From an uncultured Spirochaetales bacterium (lineage in GTDB: Bacteria > Spirochaetota > Spirochaetia > Sphaerochaetales > Sphaerochaetaceae), in assembly GCA_902781545.1 (NCBI GenBank), contig CACZJR010000002.1, forward strand, positions 5,134 to 69,133: a DNA stretch of 64,000 nt, read 5' to 3'. Position 1 is the first letter of the stretch; each line of letters opens with the position of its first letter. Both the position numbers and the translations under genes were made by a program. This document shows positions 19,948 through 28,436 of the stretch, piece by piece. A model generated the notes under the pieces. That model was not told where the DNA came from. It searched no databases and was given only the letters and a program-made list of their open reading frames with translations.

Positions 19948-21570
19948 TTACTTTGCGATTGAGTCATTGACCTCATGAACCGCAGTCTTGACTGCTGTCC
20001 ACCAGTCTGCATCAGGAGTCGGTGCATTCTTGAACAGGACTCTGTTTGTTGCATACCTGGCAAGAAGCTGCACCTGCAGGTCCTTGTACAGGTCAAACCA
20101 CATGTTGGCCTGCTGGTCAGCATATGTGGTCAGAAGATCAATAGCCTCTTCTCTCATTCCGTTCTTGATCATCTTTGTTGCCTGATTCTGAACGGCGAAT
20201 GTCGTCTCATACTGGTCATTCATGAGAGGATCACGCACAGCCTTGATCTGCTCAATGGCATCTGCGTAATTGATTGTGGCGACCTGCTGGAGGAATGCCT
20301 CGTTCCACCATCCGGACTCTGGGTCATACTCTGCTCTTCTTCCTCTTCCGAAGGAATCGACAAGATGTCTTGCAGAGGCGAAGACCGGTGTCAGGTATGT
20401 TGTGCTGGGAGCACCGAAACCGAAGTAAACCAGACATCTGGCCTCTTCCGGCAGCCAGGCCTTGACGTTGGAGCACTGGAAGTATGTGCACTGTGAGACG
20501 TTGGTCGGTCTGTACTCGTACTCACCTGATGAGAGGAGGATGTTGCCGTAGCGTCCTGCATCAGCGGTCTTGGAGAGATCCCACTTTGTTCCCTCGTATG
20601 CATCTGAGCAGACCTCGTGGATCTTTGCCACGCTGACCTTCTCATCCGGCTTGAAGTAGATCGGGAACACATCATCAGGATTCTCGCAGATTGCAAGATC
20701 CTCGTTTGCCACGATCTCAGGATACTGGAGTCCTGCCAGGTTGCAGACAGCTCTCCACTCTCTTGCGATACAGCTGAAGCTGTAGTTTCCGGCTCCGAAG
20801 CACTGGCAGGGCCTGAACTCTCCCTTACCGTCCCAGAGGCCGTTGTCAATTGCGAACTCCTTCATGTTCGGAGCTGCAAGGTAGTTGTCAGGATCATTCT
20901 CGACGTAGAAGTCGATTCTTGAGCGGTTTGCACACACGAACACGGCATCCTCAGGAAGCCTGAATGCACACCACATCTTTCCGCCGTATGCCTCGAAAAC
21001 CCATACATCGGTTCCGTCACCGATTGTCATGGTCTCAGGAGATCCGCTCCATCCGCTCTCATTGAGCCTTGCACCCATGTACTCGACAGCCTCTCTTGCT
21101 GTGGCACAGTTCTCAAGTGCGGCATCCTGAAGCATGTAGCAATCCCATATTCCCTCATACTTTGCAAAGACGGCACGCTGGTCCCTTGTGGTTCCGCAGG
21201 TTGACTCTGTCATTGTCAGGCCCTTCTCATTGGCGAATGAGTACATTGCGTGCAGGTACTGGTATGTATCCTTGTCATTGACATATGTGTCCATGACAAT
21301 TCCACGTGTTCCGTAGTCCTTGACCTCAGGGAAATTGCCGTAATCGGCATCTCTGCGTCCGCTCAGGACAATATCTCTCTCAGAGCCCTCCTCCATTGAG
21401 GGGATGAGCCAAAGCCTGAGATCATCACCTGTTGAGTCACAGGTATGAGATGTCATCGTGGATCCGTCTGTCGTTGCCAGACGTCCAACACCGAAGATAA
21501 TGCATGCGAAGGTGCTCTGAAGGCAAATGCACAGCAGCACAAGCAATGCAATCAACAGTTTCCTTTTCAT
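19948..21570 (-). CDS. secreted C69-family Ntn cysteine peptidase (copy 2, A-type)
   Basis: I trimmed the ORF to the MKRKLLIALL start at 21570, which has a GAGGAGG SD. The signal peptide ends TFA|CIIFGVGRLATTDGST. The C-terminal tail contains MIKNG. Confidence 0.8.
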   Translation of the reverse strand: MKRKLLIALLVLLCICLQSTFACIIFGVGRLATTDGSTMTSHTCDSTGDDLRLWLIPSMEEGSERDIVLSGRRDADYGNFPEVKDYGTRGIVMDTYVNDKDTYQYLHAMYSFANEKGLTMTESTCGTTRDQRAVFAKYEGIWDCYMLQDAALENCATAREAVEYMGARLNESGWSGSPETMTIGDGTDVWVFEAYGGKMWCAFRLPEDAVFVCANRSRIDFYVENDPDNYLAAPNMKEFAIDNGLWDGKGEFRPCQCFGAGNYSFSCIAREWRAVCNLAGLQYPEIVANEDLAICENPDDVFPIYFKPDEKVSVAKIHEVCSDAYEGTKWDLSKTADAGRYGNILLSSGEYEYRPTNVSQCTYFQCSNVKAWLPEEARCLVYFGFGAPSTTYLTPVFASARHLVDSFGRGRRAEYDPESGWWNEAFLQQVATINYADAIEQIKAVRDPLMNDQYETTFAVQNQATKMIKNGMREEAIDLLTTYADQQANMWFDLYKDLQVQLLARYATNRVLFKNAPTPDADWWTAVKTAVHEVNDSIAK

Positions 21571-21631
21571 TTTTCCTCCTCTTGCCTCTCGGCTTGCGCA
21601 ATGCCGGCAGACAGCCGGCAAAAACGATTGT

Positions 21632-21682
21632 AAAAACAACAGGGAACACCCCTGACCATGAAACAAATCAGAAGTGTTCCCT
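21632..21682 (-). terminator. terminator-like hairpin after orphan gene X2
   Basis: The minus strand reads AGGGAACAC-(24-nt loop)-GTGTTCCCT followed by GTTGTTTTT. A second hairpin, GCCGGC-TGTCT-GCCGGC, follows at 21603..21619. Confidence 0.5.
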
Positions 21683-21710
21683 AACTCTGTTTAAAGATAC
21701 CTCCAGATCA

Positions 21711-22385
21711 TTAGTAGATCATGGCGTACATCAAGCATCTGGCATATGCCGTCAGGTAATCAAATCCGAACTGGGTCATTCCTGATGTGGTAATGTCAAT
21801 CTCTCCATATCTCGGGGATGAGATGCCCTCGAATTCTGCTCCGGACACGCACATGCCAAGCATGGAGGAAATGACCGCAAGCTCCTCTTCACTGTAAATG
21901 TCAATGAAGTTGAACTTGACTGTATTACCCTCAAGTGTGAGCAGATACTTGTAACCCACGATATCAAATTCGGCCTGTGCCTCATTGATGACCGCAGTGT
22001 CATGCAGGCGACCGTTGCGGGCTGTATAAGCTGCAAGGTGGATTGCGGCTCTCCTGAAAGCACTGACATAATCTGTGGGCTCCACTCCACGCGGGAAGAT
22101 CCTTGCAAGATCATCCATGGTGGTAACACTTCTGTACCCGTCCTCCGGCAATGCGTACAACAGCAAAATCATCTGAAGTGCTTCGTCAGGAGCTGCGGCG
22201 AATTCCTTGTAGAACTCCACGGGGTCTTTCTGAGACTCGCCTAGAAGCTGCAGGATATCGCAATATCTTGCCAGCTGGTCCGTGACTGCGGGATCAGCCT
22301 TCTGCACCGGAACAAATGCCGCAAATGCTGCCTGACAAACAAAGAGCACAACGAGAATGGCTACTGTAATCTTAAGTTTCCTCAT
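21711..22385 (-). CDS. secreted protein of unknown function (orphan X2, paralog of 17612..18283)
   Basis: 224 aa with signal peptide KLKITVAILVVLFVCQAAFAA. It is collinear with X1. Confidence 0.7.
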   Translation of the reverse strand: MRKLKITVAILVVLFVCQAAFAAFVPVQKADPAVTDQLARYCDILQLLGESQKDPVEFYKEFAAAPDEALQMILLLYALPEDGYRSVTTMDDLARIFPRGVEPTDYVSAFRRAAIHLAAYTARNGRLHDTAVINEAQAEFDIVGYKYLLTLEGNTVKFNFIDIYSEEELAVISSMLGMCVSGAEFEGISSPRYGEIDITTSGMTQFGFDYLTAYARCLMYAMIY

Positions 22386-22405
22386 CTGTGTCTCCTCTCA
22401 AAAAT

Positions 22406-23989
22406 TCACTCGACAATCTGATCCTTGACTGCCTTCCATGCATCCGGCTCCTTAGGAACGCTCATGTTGACATTTCCTAGAGCATACTTTGTCTCAAGGG
22501 CATTGCTGAGCTTCTGCCATGTCTTGAACCAGTCGTTTGCAGTTGTGTTCGCATAAGCTGTCAGATAATCCACAGCCTGATCCTTCATTCCGACCTCAAT
22601 CATGGATGCTGCGATCTGCTGGGCAACTTTAGTCTGCTCGTAGACTGTAGCCATCTTCGGGTCTCTGACTGCCTTGATGTCCTCGATTGCAGCCCTGAAG
22701 TTCCTCTGGGCCTGCATCTGGACAACCTCACTGAGCCACCATCCGGAATTCGGGTCATACTCGCTTCTCAGTCCGCGTCCGAAGAAATCCGGGAGAGTCT
22801 TCTGTGATGCGAAGACAGGAGTGAGGTATGTTGTGTTCGGTGCACCCCATCCGAAGTAAGCAAGACACCTTGCCTCCTCAGGAAGTGTGGCATCGACAGC
22901 TGCGATCTCGATGTATGTGCAGCGGTAGCAGTTGATTGTCCTGAGGGTGTTGTTGGAGTTGAGCGGGTTGCCGAAAGCACCTGCCTCGATTGTCTTGGTG
23001 ACATCGATCTCGGTTCCCTCATAGTTGGATGAGCTGATCTTGTAGATTGTATCAACTGTGACAGGCTCCTCAGGATATGCGAACAGCGGCCAGTTGAGGT
23101 CGTGGTCCGGATCCAGACGGTCGAGGTTGAGGCTTGGCTGGAGCTGCATGAGAGCTGACCACTCTCTGTTCACTGAGTAAGCATCGCTTCTCGGGCAGAA
23201 GATCCTGCACGGGATGAAATCACTCTTGCCGTCCCAGAGACCGTTGTCAATTGCCCACTCTCTGATATCAGGAGTGCAGAGGTAGTTCTCAGGATCGTCG
23301 AAATCAAAGTGGTTGATTCTTGCCCTGTTGGCGCATACAAAGACCGCACCCTCAGGAACTCTTACAGCAACCCAGATTCTTCCGCCGTAGAACTCAACTA
23401 CCCATGCCTCGTTTCCGTCTGCGACACAGACACACTCACATGAGTTTGTGCCGTACCAGCCGTACTCCTCAACAAGGGCGCCCATCTTCTCAACTGCCTC
23501 ACGTGCTGTTGAGGATGTCTCAAGGGCGTAATCCTGGATCATGTAGCAGTCAACAATGCCCTCTTCCTTTGCAAAGGCATCCTGAAGCTTCTGATCCTGC
23601 TCTGTGTATGACCAGTACCAGCAGGTCGACTCGTTGCAGGAAACTCCCTTGTCATTGATGAAGGAGTACATTGCATGCAGATACTGGTTGGTCGGCTTGT
23701 CATAGTTCAGTGTGCCAAGGACCATGCCGTTTTTGCCGTAATCCTTGACCTCCGGGAACTTTGAGTAGTCTGCACCGGCACGTCCGTCAAGGACAAGGTC
23801 TCTGTCTCCGGCCTCAAATGAGGGGATCACCCACAGTCTGAGGTCATCACTTGTTGAATCGCAGGTATGGGAGGTGATGGTGATTCCATCAGCTGTGGCT
23901 CCCTTGGAGACTGCGAAGATCGTGCATGCGGCTACGCTCTGGAGAGCAACCAGCAGGACGACTGTAAGGGCTAATAAAAATTTCTTCAT
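22406..23989 (-). CDS. secreted C69-family Ntn cysteine peptidase (copy 3, B-type)
   Basis: 527 aa. The signal peptide ends VAA|CTIFAVSKGATADGIT. It shares the VRVPEGAVF and MIEVG signatures with copy 1. Confidence 0.8.
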   Translation of the reverse strand: MKKFLLALTVVLLVALQSVAACTIFAVSKGATADGITITSHTCDSTSDDLRLWVIPSFEAGDRDLVLDGRAGADYSKFPEVKDYGKNGMVLGTLNYDKPTNQYLHAMYSFINDKGVSCNESTCWYWSYTEQDQKLQDAFAKEEGIVDCYMIQDYALETSSTAREAVEKMGALVEEYGWYGTNSCECVCVADGNEAWVVEFYGGRIWVAVRVPEGAVFVCANRARINHFDFDDPENYLCTPDIREWAIDNGLWDGKSDFIPCRIFCPRSDAYSVNREWSALMQLQPSLNLDRLDPDHDLNWPLFAYPEEPVTVDTIYKISSSNYEGTEIDVTKTIEAGAFGNPLNSNNTLRTINCYRCTYIEIAAVDATLPEEARCLAYFGWGAPNTTYLTPVFASQKTLPDFFGRGLRSEYDPNSGWWLSEVVQMQAQRNFRAAIEDIKAVRDPKMATVYEQTKVAQQIAASMIEVGMKDQAVDYLTAYANTTANDWFKTWQKLSNALETKYALGNVNMSVPKEPDAWKAVKDQIVE

Positions 23990-24005
23990 GTTCTACCGTC
24001 TCCTC

Positions 24006-25619
24006 TTATTTGTACTTGCCCCATTCTGAAGCGTTCAGTTCCTTCCAGAAGTCTGTGTACTGTGCTGATCTTGTGTTCATGTTGACTGCGCCGAACATGT
24101 ACTTTGCAATCAGCTCGCCTGTCAGCTCATCCCAGACGCCCTTCCACATCTGTGCCTGTGAGTTCGCATAGTTCGTGAGAAGTGCAACTGCCGCGTCCTT
24201 CTGACCGTTCTTGATCATCTTGGCCGCCTGATTCTGAAGTGCGAATGTGACATCATACTGTGTCTTCATCAGACCGTCACGCTTGGCGTGGATGTCCTCT
24301 CTTGCCATTCTGTAGTTGATTCTTGAGAGCTGCTGGACAAGAGCTGAAGTCCACCAGATTGTTGAAGGATCATACTCTGACCTGAGTCCGTGTGTGAACA
24401 TCGGATCAAGCTCTGTCATTGAACCGAACAGCGGTGTCAGGAAGTTTGTGTCGGATGCGCCGCAGCCGTACCATACCAGACATCTTGCCTCTTCCGGCAG
24501 CCATGCCTTGACGTTTGCGATCTGGACATATGTGCATCTGTAGCTGTTGATTGCTCTCTGGCTGAAGTCCTGTGCGCAGTTGAGTGCATCACCGAACTGT
24601 CCGCCCCAGATTGACTCTGATACATCGTACTCTGTGCCGGCATAGTAGTCACCGCAGATCTCATAGATCTTCTGGACGCTGACAGGCTCTGCAGGAACGA
24701 CGTAGCAAGGCCATGCTGTGTCAGGATTCTGCTCCTCGGGATCAAGATCCAGAGACGGATTCAGCAGAGTCATGGCTCTCCACTCTCTTCTTGTTGAGTA
24801 AGGCCTGTATCCGTAAGGTGCGAATGTCCAGCAAGGAATGAACTTGCTCCAGTCTGTTCCGTCCCAGAGGTTGTACTTGGCGACGAAGTTCTTCAGATCC
24901 GGTGCATAGAGGTAGTTCTCAGGATCATCCTCAACGAAGAAGTTGATTCTGGCTCTGTTGGCTGCCACGAAAACAGCATCCTCAGGAAGTCTGAAAGCAA
25001 CCCAGACATGTGCGCCGTAGCACTCCATGATCCATGCCTCGTTTCCGTCACAGATGTTGATACACTCAGGAGATCCGTTCCAGCCGTACTCGTCAATGAG
25101 CTTACCCATGAACTCAACTGCCTCTCTTGCTGTTGAGCAATTCTCAAGGGCGGCATCCTGGATCATGTAGCAGTCGATGATTCCGTCATAGTCGCGGTAG
25201 GCTGCCCTGACCTTCTGGCCCTGCTCGATGTTTCCGTTGATGGAACATGTTGACTCACCCATTGCAAGACCCTTGTCATTCATGAAGGAATACATTGCAT
25301 GAATGTAGCGGTTGGTGTCCTTCTCATAAGTGATTGTACCGAGCTCCATTCCACGTGTTCCGTAGTCTTTCACCTCCGGGAACTGTGAATAGTCGGCTCC
25401 GGCACGGCCGTCAAGAACGATGTCTCTCTCTGTTCCTGCAGGCATTGAAGGAATCATCCACAGCCTGAGGTCATCACCGGTGGAATCACAAGTATGTGAA
25501 ATCATCGTTGATCCGTCATCGCTGGCTTTCTTTCCTACAGCGAAGATTGTGCAGGCGAACACGCTCTGTGCGCAAAGGCAAAGAACAATGAGCACTGCCA
25601 AGAATACTCTTTTCTTCAT
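24006..25619 (-). CDS. secreted C69-family Ntn cysteine peptidase (copy 4, A-type)
   Basis: I chose the start at MKKRVFLAVL (25619), which follows GGAGGG. An alternative ATG lies at 25631. The signal peptide ends VFA|CTIFAVGKKASDDGST. It shares the FRLPEDAVF and MIKNG signatures with copy 2. Confidence 0.8.
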   Translation of the reverse strand: MKKRVFLAVLIVLCLCAQSVFACTIFAVGKKASDDGSTMISHTCDSTGDDLRLWMIPSMPAGTERDIVLDGRAGADYSQFPEVKDYGTRGMELGTITYEKDTNRYIHAMYSFMNDKGLAMGESTCSINGNIEQGQKVRAAYRDYDGIIDCYMIQDAALENCSTAREAVEFMGKLIDEYGWNGSPECINICDGNEAWIMECYGAHVWVAFRLPEDAVFVAANRARINFFVEDDPENYLYAPDLKNFVAKYNLWDGTDWSKFIPCWTFAPYGYRPYSTRREWRAMTLLNPSLDLDPEEQNPDTAWPCYVVPAEPVSVQKIYEICGDYYAGTEYDVSESIWGGQFGDALNCAQDFSQRAINSYRCTYVQIANVKAWLPEEARCLVWYGCGASDTNFLTPLFGSMTELDPMFTHGLRSEYDPSTIWWTSALVQQLSRINYRMAREDIHAKRDGLMKTQYDVTFALQNQAAKMIKNGQKDAAVALLTNYANSQAQMWKGVWDELTGELIAKYMFGAVNMNTRSAQYTDFWKELNASEWGKYK

Positions 25620-25637
25620 TTTTCCCTCCATGAATAA

Positions 25638-26918
25638 TTAGTATTTATCGTAATTTGCACCTACTGGTTTGTAGTAGATGGTAAACGCACGGTCCTTGTT
25701 CTCCGGAGCATTCGGATCCTTGAGGAAGTATCCGACACTGTCAATGCCCTGCTCCTCCAGCTCTGCCATCTCGAGATATGTCGGCCATGTGACCTGGCAG
25801 TCCATCTCAGGATAGAAGAAGCTTGCCCAGAAGATTACCTCCAGGGCTCCGGTCAGGTGACGACCGGTTCTGTACCACATCGGGGTTCCGAACTCCATGT
25901 CGTACGGGAAGTATGTCAGACCCTTGTCGGTGACCTTCTGCAGGAACTCGTCCTTACCCTCTGTCATGAGGGCCTCTGTCCTTGGTCCGGTGATCTTATC
26001 AATGAAGATCTCAGGAGTCTCCATCAGGAATGTCAGGCTGTCAGACCAGTCTGCCCACTCTCTGTGGCTCAGTCCGTGCAGTGTGTTCGGTGAAGCTGCG
26101 CTCTTCATGAGGAACTGGTCCGAGATGTTCATTCCGGCCATCATTGCAACGTCCAGTGAGCTCTTCTCCGGCTCATAATACTCCATCTCTCCTGTCTCCA
26201 GGAATTTCTCGCGGTCAAGGACCTTGGACGGTGCGACATAGGTGGATGTGACAGGATAAAGGATCTCTGCCTCATGCATGTCTATTGCAATGTCCACATG
26301 CTCCTGCCTGATGATCTCCATCACGGCATAAGCGGCTCTCTCGGTGAGGGTTCCGTTCTCACGTCCGGGGTATGTCCTGTTCAGGTTTCTGATGTCCTGA
26401 TATGCCAGGTTCTGTCCTGAAGGATAGTTGACGTATGTGAACGGATCAGGCCACTGGTCAAGCGGGTTGGTGTATCTGTCACCGATACGGTACTTTGAGA
26501 TTCCCCAGTCTGAGCTGACATGGAAGAACATGGGGTATGCGTCACCGACCATGCCCTCTGTGGAACCTGAGTAGTTGGCCCTCGGGACAATGATAACCTT
26601 TCCGGTCTCGACCTTGAGGTTCTCGATCATCAGATATGCCGCCATTGTGGATGCCGGCTCATACGGATGCGGACATCCGCAGATAAATACCGTTCCACCC
26701 TCGACGCCTGAGTCAAAGATGAACACCGGAGTATCCATCCATGTGTTCTTGAGTGACGGGACATAGTCGCTGAACCACTTGACCTCTGTCAGGTCCTCAG
26801 ATGCGACTATTGTCTCCTTGTAGTGCCTGAGCTGCCAGAACTCGATTCCTGCAAGAAGTGCAAGGACAAGCGCAAGAGCCAGCACGATAATCTTTACTAT
26901 CAATGATTTCTTTGCCAT
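25638..26918 (-). CDS. membrane-anchored zinc hydrolase, M14-like (AstE/AspA succinylglutamate desuccinylase/aspartoacylase-like)
   Basis: 426 aa with an N-terminal TM anchor. Candidate metal and substrate motifs are HPYE (CGCPHPYEPAS), PRANYSG and DMHEAE. The assignment is by motif only. Confidence 0.5.
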   Translation of the reverse strand: MAKKSLIVKIIVLALALVLALLAGIEFWQLRHYKETIVASEDLTEVKWFSDYVPSLKNTWMDTPVFIFDSGVEGGTVFICGCPHPYEPASTMAAYLMIENLKVETGKVIIVPRANYSGSTEGMVGDAYPMFFHVSSDWGISKYRIGDRYTNPLDQWPDPFTYVNYPSGQNLAYQDIRNLNRTYPGRENGTLTERAAYAVMEIIRQEHVDIAIDMHEAEILYPVTSTYVAPSKVLDREKFLETGEMEYYEPEKSSLDVAMMAGMNISDQFLMKSAASPNTLHGLSHREWADWSDSLTFLMETPEIFIDKITGPRTEALMTEGKDEFLQKVTDKGLTYFPYDMEFGTPMWYRTGRHLTGALEVIFWASFFYPEMDCQVTWPTYLEMAELEEQGIDSVGYFLKDPNAPENKDRAFTIYYKPVGANYDKY

Positions 26919-26928
26919 GCCCGCCTCC

Positions 26929-27102
26929 TCACTTTATGTAGAGAACCCTGAGAAGGAACGGGATGAGGCAGTATGCATACATGATGTCAAACACAACACC
27001 CTGGTTCTTCTTTCTCTTGAAAAGGCTCTTGAGCATGCTGAACGCTACAAGCCCGGCCATGACGAAATAAAGAATATGAATAAGATTCTCGAAAAATATC
27101 AT
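26929..27102 (-). CDS. 57-aa small membrane protein (not in the ORF track)
   Basis: My translation is MIFFENLIHILYFVMAGLVAFSMLKSLFKRKKNQGVVFDIMYAYCLIPFLLRVLYIK. It has an AAGGAGG SD 8 nt upstream and fills the gap between two minus-strand genes. The listed + strand ORF 26917..27120 is antisense to the operon. Confidence 0.5.
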   Translation of the reverse strand: MIFFENLIHILYFVMAGLVAFSMLKSLFKRKKNQGVVFDIMYAYCLIPFLLRVLYIK

Positions 27103-27116
27103 GTCTCATATCCTCC

Positions 27117-28424
27117 TTAGTACAGGAATGCAAATGCCGCAGGCTTGATGATCATGATCACGGCCATGAGACCAAGCACCAGCATCGGGATGAGCAGGGT
27201 CTTGAAGAATCCGATATAGGACTCCTTGTAACCTGTCTCCTCGCAGGCAAGCCTTCCGACGATCCTTGACGGAGGCAGTGTGTCTCCGAGCGGGAATATG
27301 AGCGAAAGAGCGGCACAAATGACGGTGACATCCATTCCAAGGGTATTGAACATGAAGATCAGCGGTCCGCCCAGGACAATTGATACGCCGTAGTTGAAGC
27401 ATCCCTGGCAGATAGGTCCGACAACCAGGATCAGCGAGTAGATCAGCACCAGCGGCAGTCCGACACATGTTGATCCGATCAGGCCTCTGACACCTGTTGC
27501 GGCCATTGCGCTCTGCAGGACTCCGATTGACAGGACGTTCGCGACCAGCGGGAACACCTGCTCCATTGTGTCATCAAGGATTCCCAGGTACTGCTTTGCG
27601 GTTGTCTTCTTCGGATTGCAGAGAAGAGCCACCAGAGCGGCAATGAGGAACATGAGAGGAAGTCCAAGAACCGGAAGTCCCCATGGGTCATAGAGAGCCA
27701 GGAGGAACAGTGCTATGATGGCGACGAACGGAAGGACAATCCTCCACCATGTGAGCTTTGGATCCTTAGGCGGGAACTTGGCAAGTGTCTCTTCCTTGCT
27801 CTGCGGCTTTGCGCCCCAGCCGATGAAGATGATCGTGAACGCGCCTGCAATGACAATAGGAATCAGCAGCAGCCATGTGAATCCGACATACGGCATGTTG
27901 GCCTGTGCTGTCATAAGCATTGTCCAGAGGTTGATCGGAGGACATGCGGCAGAGAGCATTGCGAAGAAGCAGATGAAGACGGTTCTCTTCTTCTTTGAGA
28001 TTCCCAGATACTCGAGGACAGTGTTCACAAGTCCGCCAAGGACGAAGATAGCAACTGATCCGGCACCGGTCAGGGCACCCGGAATCAGCATCATGATGCC
28101 CATGATTGAGAGGAGGATCCACTTGTTGTTGATCTTCTCCACGACCATTCTCGTGATGGCTGCGATTGCTCCGCTGTGGGAGTAGATGTTGACGAAGATG
28201 GATGCGGCAATGAAGAGCAGAGCCAGATCCAGGTTCACAAATAATCCCTCAACCAGGTACCTCACAGGGCTTCCAAGTGCCGGAACAGCGATTGTTCCAG
28301 CAATGGCGAGCACCACAGCTGCGACAGCCATTGAGATATCAGGTGATTTAAGCTTGATACTGCTCAGCACAAAGGCTGCGATCATGATGATCAGCAGGAT
28401 CAAAGTCAAAGTTGTAGTTGTCAT
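27117..28424 (-). CDS. polytopic permease (about 12-13 TM), ion-transporter-superfamily-like, substrate unknown
   Basis: 435 aa and hydrophobic throughout, with a central polar loop (GAKPQSKEETLAKFPPKDPK). I do not recognise a specific family signature. Confidence 0.55.
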   Translation of the reverse strand: MTTTTLTLILLIIMIAAFVLSSIKLKSPDISMAVAAVVLAIAGTIAVPALGSPVRYLVEGLFVNLDLALLFIAASIFVNIYSHSGAIAAITRMVVEKINNKWILLSIMGIMMLIPGALTGAGSVAIFVLGGLVNTVLEYLGISKKKRTVFICFFAMLSAACPPINLWTMLMTAQANMPYVGFTWLLLIPIVIAGAFTIIFIGWGAKPQSKEETLAKFPPKDPKLTWWRIVLPFVAIIALFLLALYDPWGLPVLGLPLMFLIAALVALLCNPKKTTAKQYLGILDDTMEQVFPLVANVLSIGVLQSAMAATGVRGLIGSTCVGLPLVLIYSLILVVGPICQGCFNYGVSIVLGGPLIFMFNTLGMDVTVICAALSLIFPLGDTLPPSRIVGRLACEETGYKESYIGFFKTLLIPMLVLGLMAVIMIIKPAAFAFLY

Positions 28425-28436
28425 CCAGACCTCCGC

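Noticed and set aside
21571-21666. 32-codon N-terminal extension of C69 copy 2, and similar extensions of the ORFs at 17586, 34398, 40908, 52557 and 61481
   Set aside because: The extensions lack SD sites and overlap terminators or promoters. The internal ATGs carry strong SDs and give canonical signal peptides or N-termini.
26917-27120. 67-aa + strand ORF in the gap between the permease and the M14-like gene
   Set aside because: It is on the opposite strand to the operon and has no SD. A 57-aa minus-strand ORF with a near-perfect SD explains the gap better.
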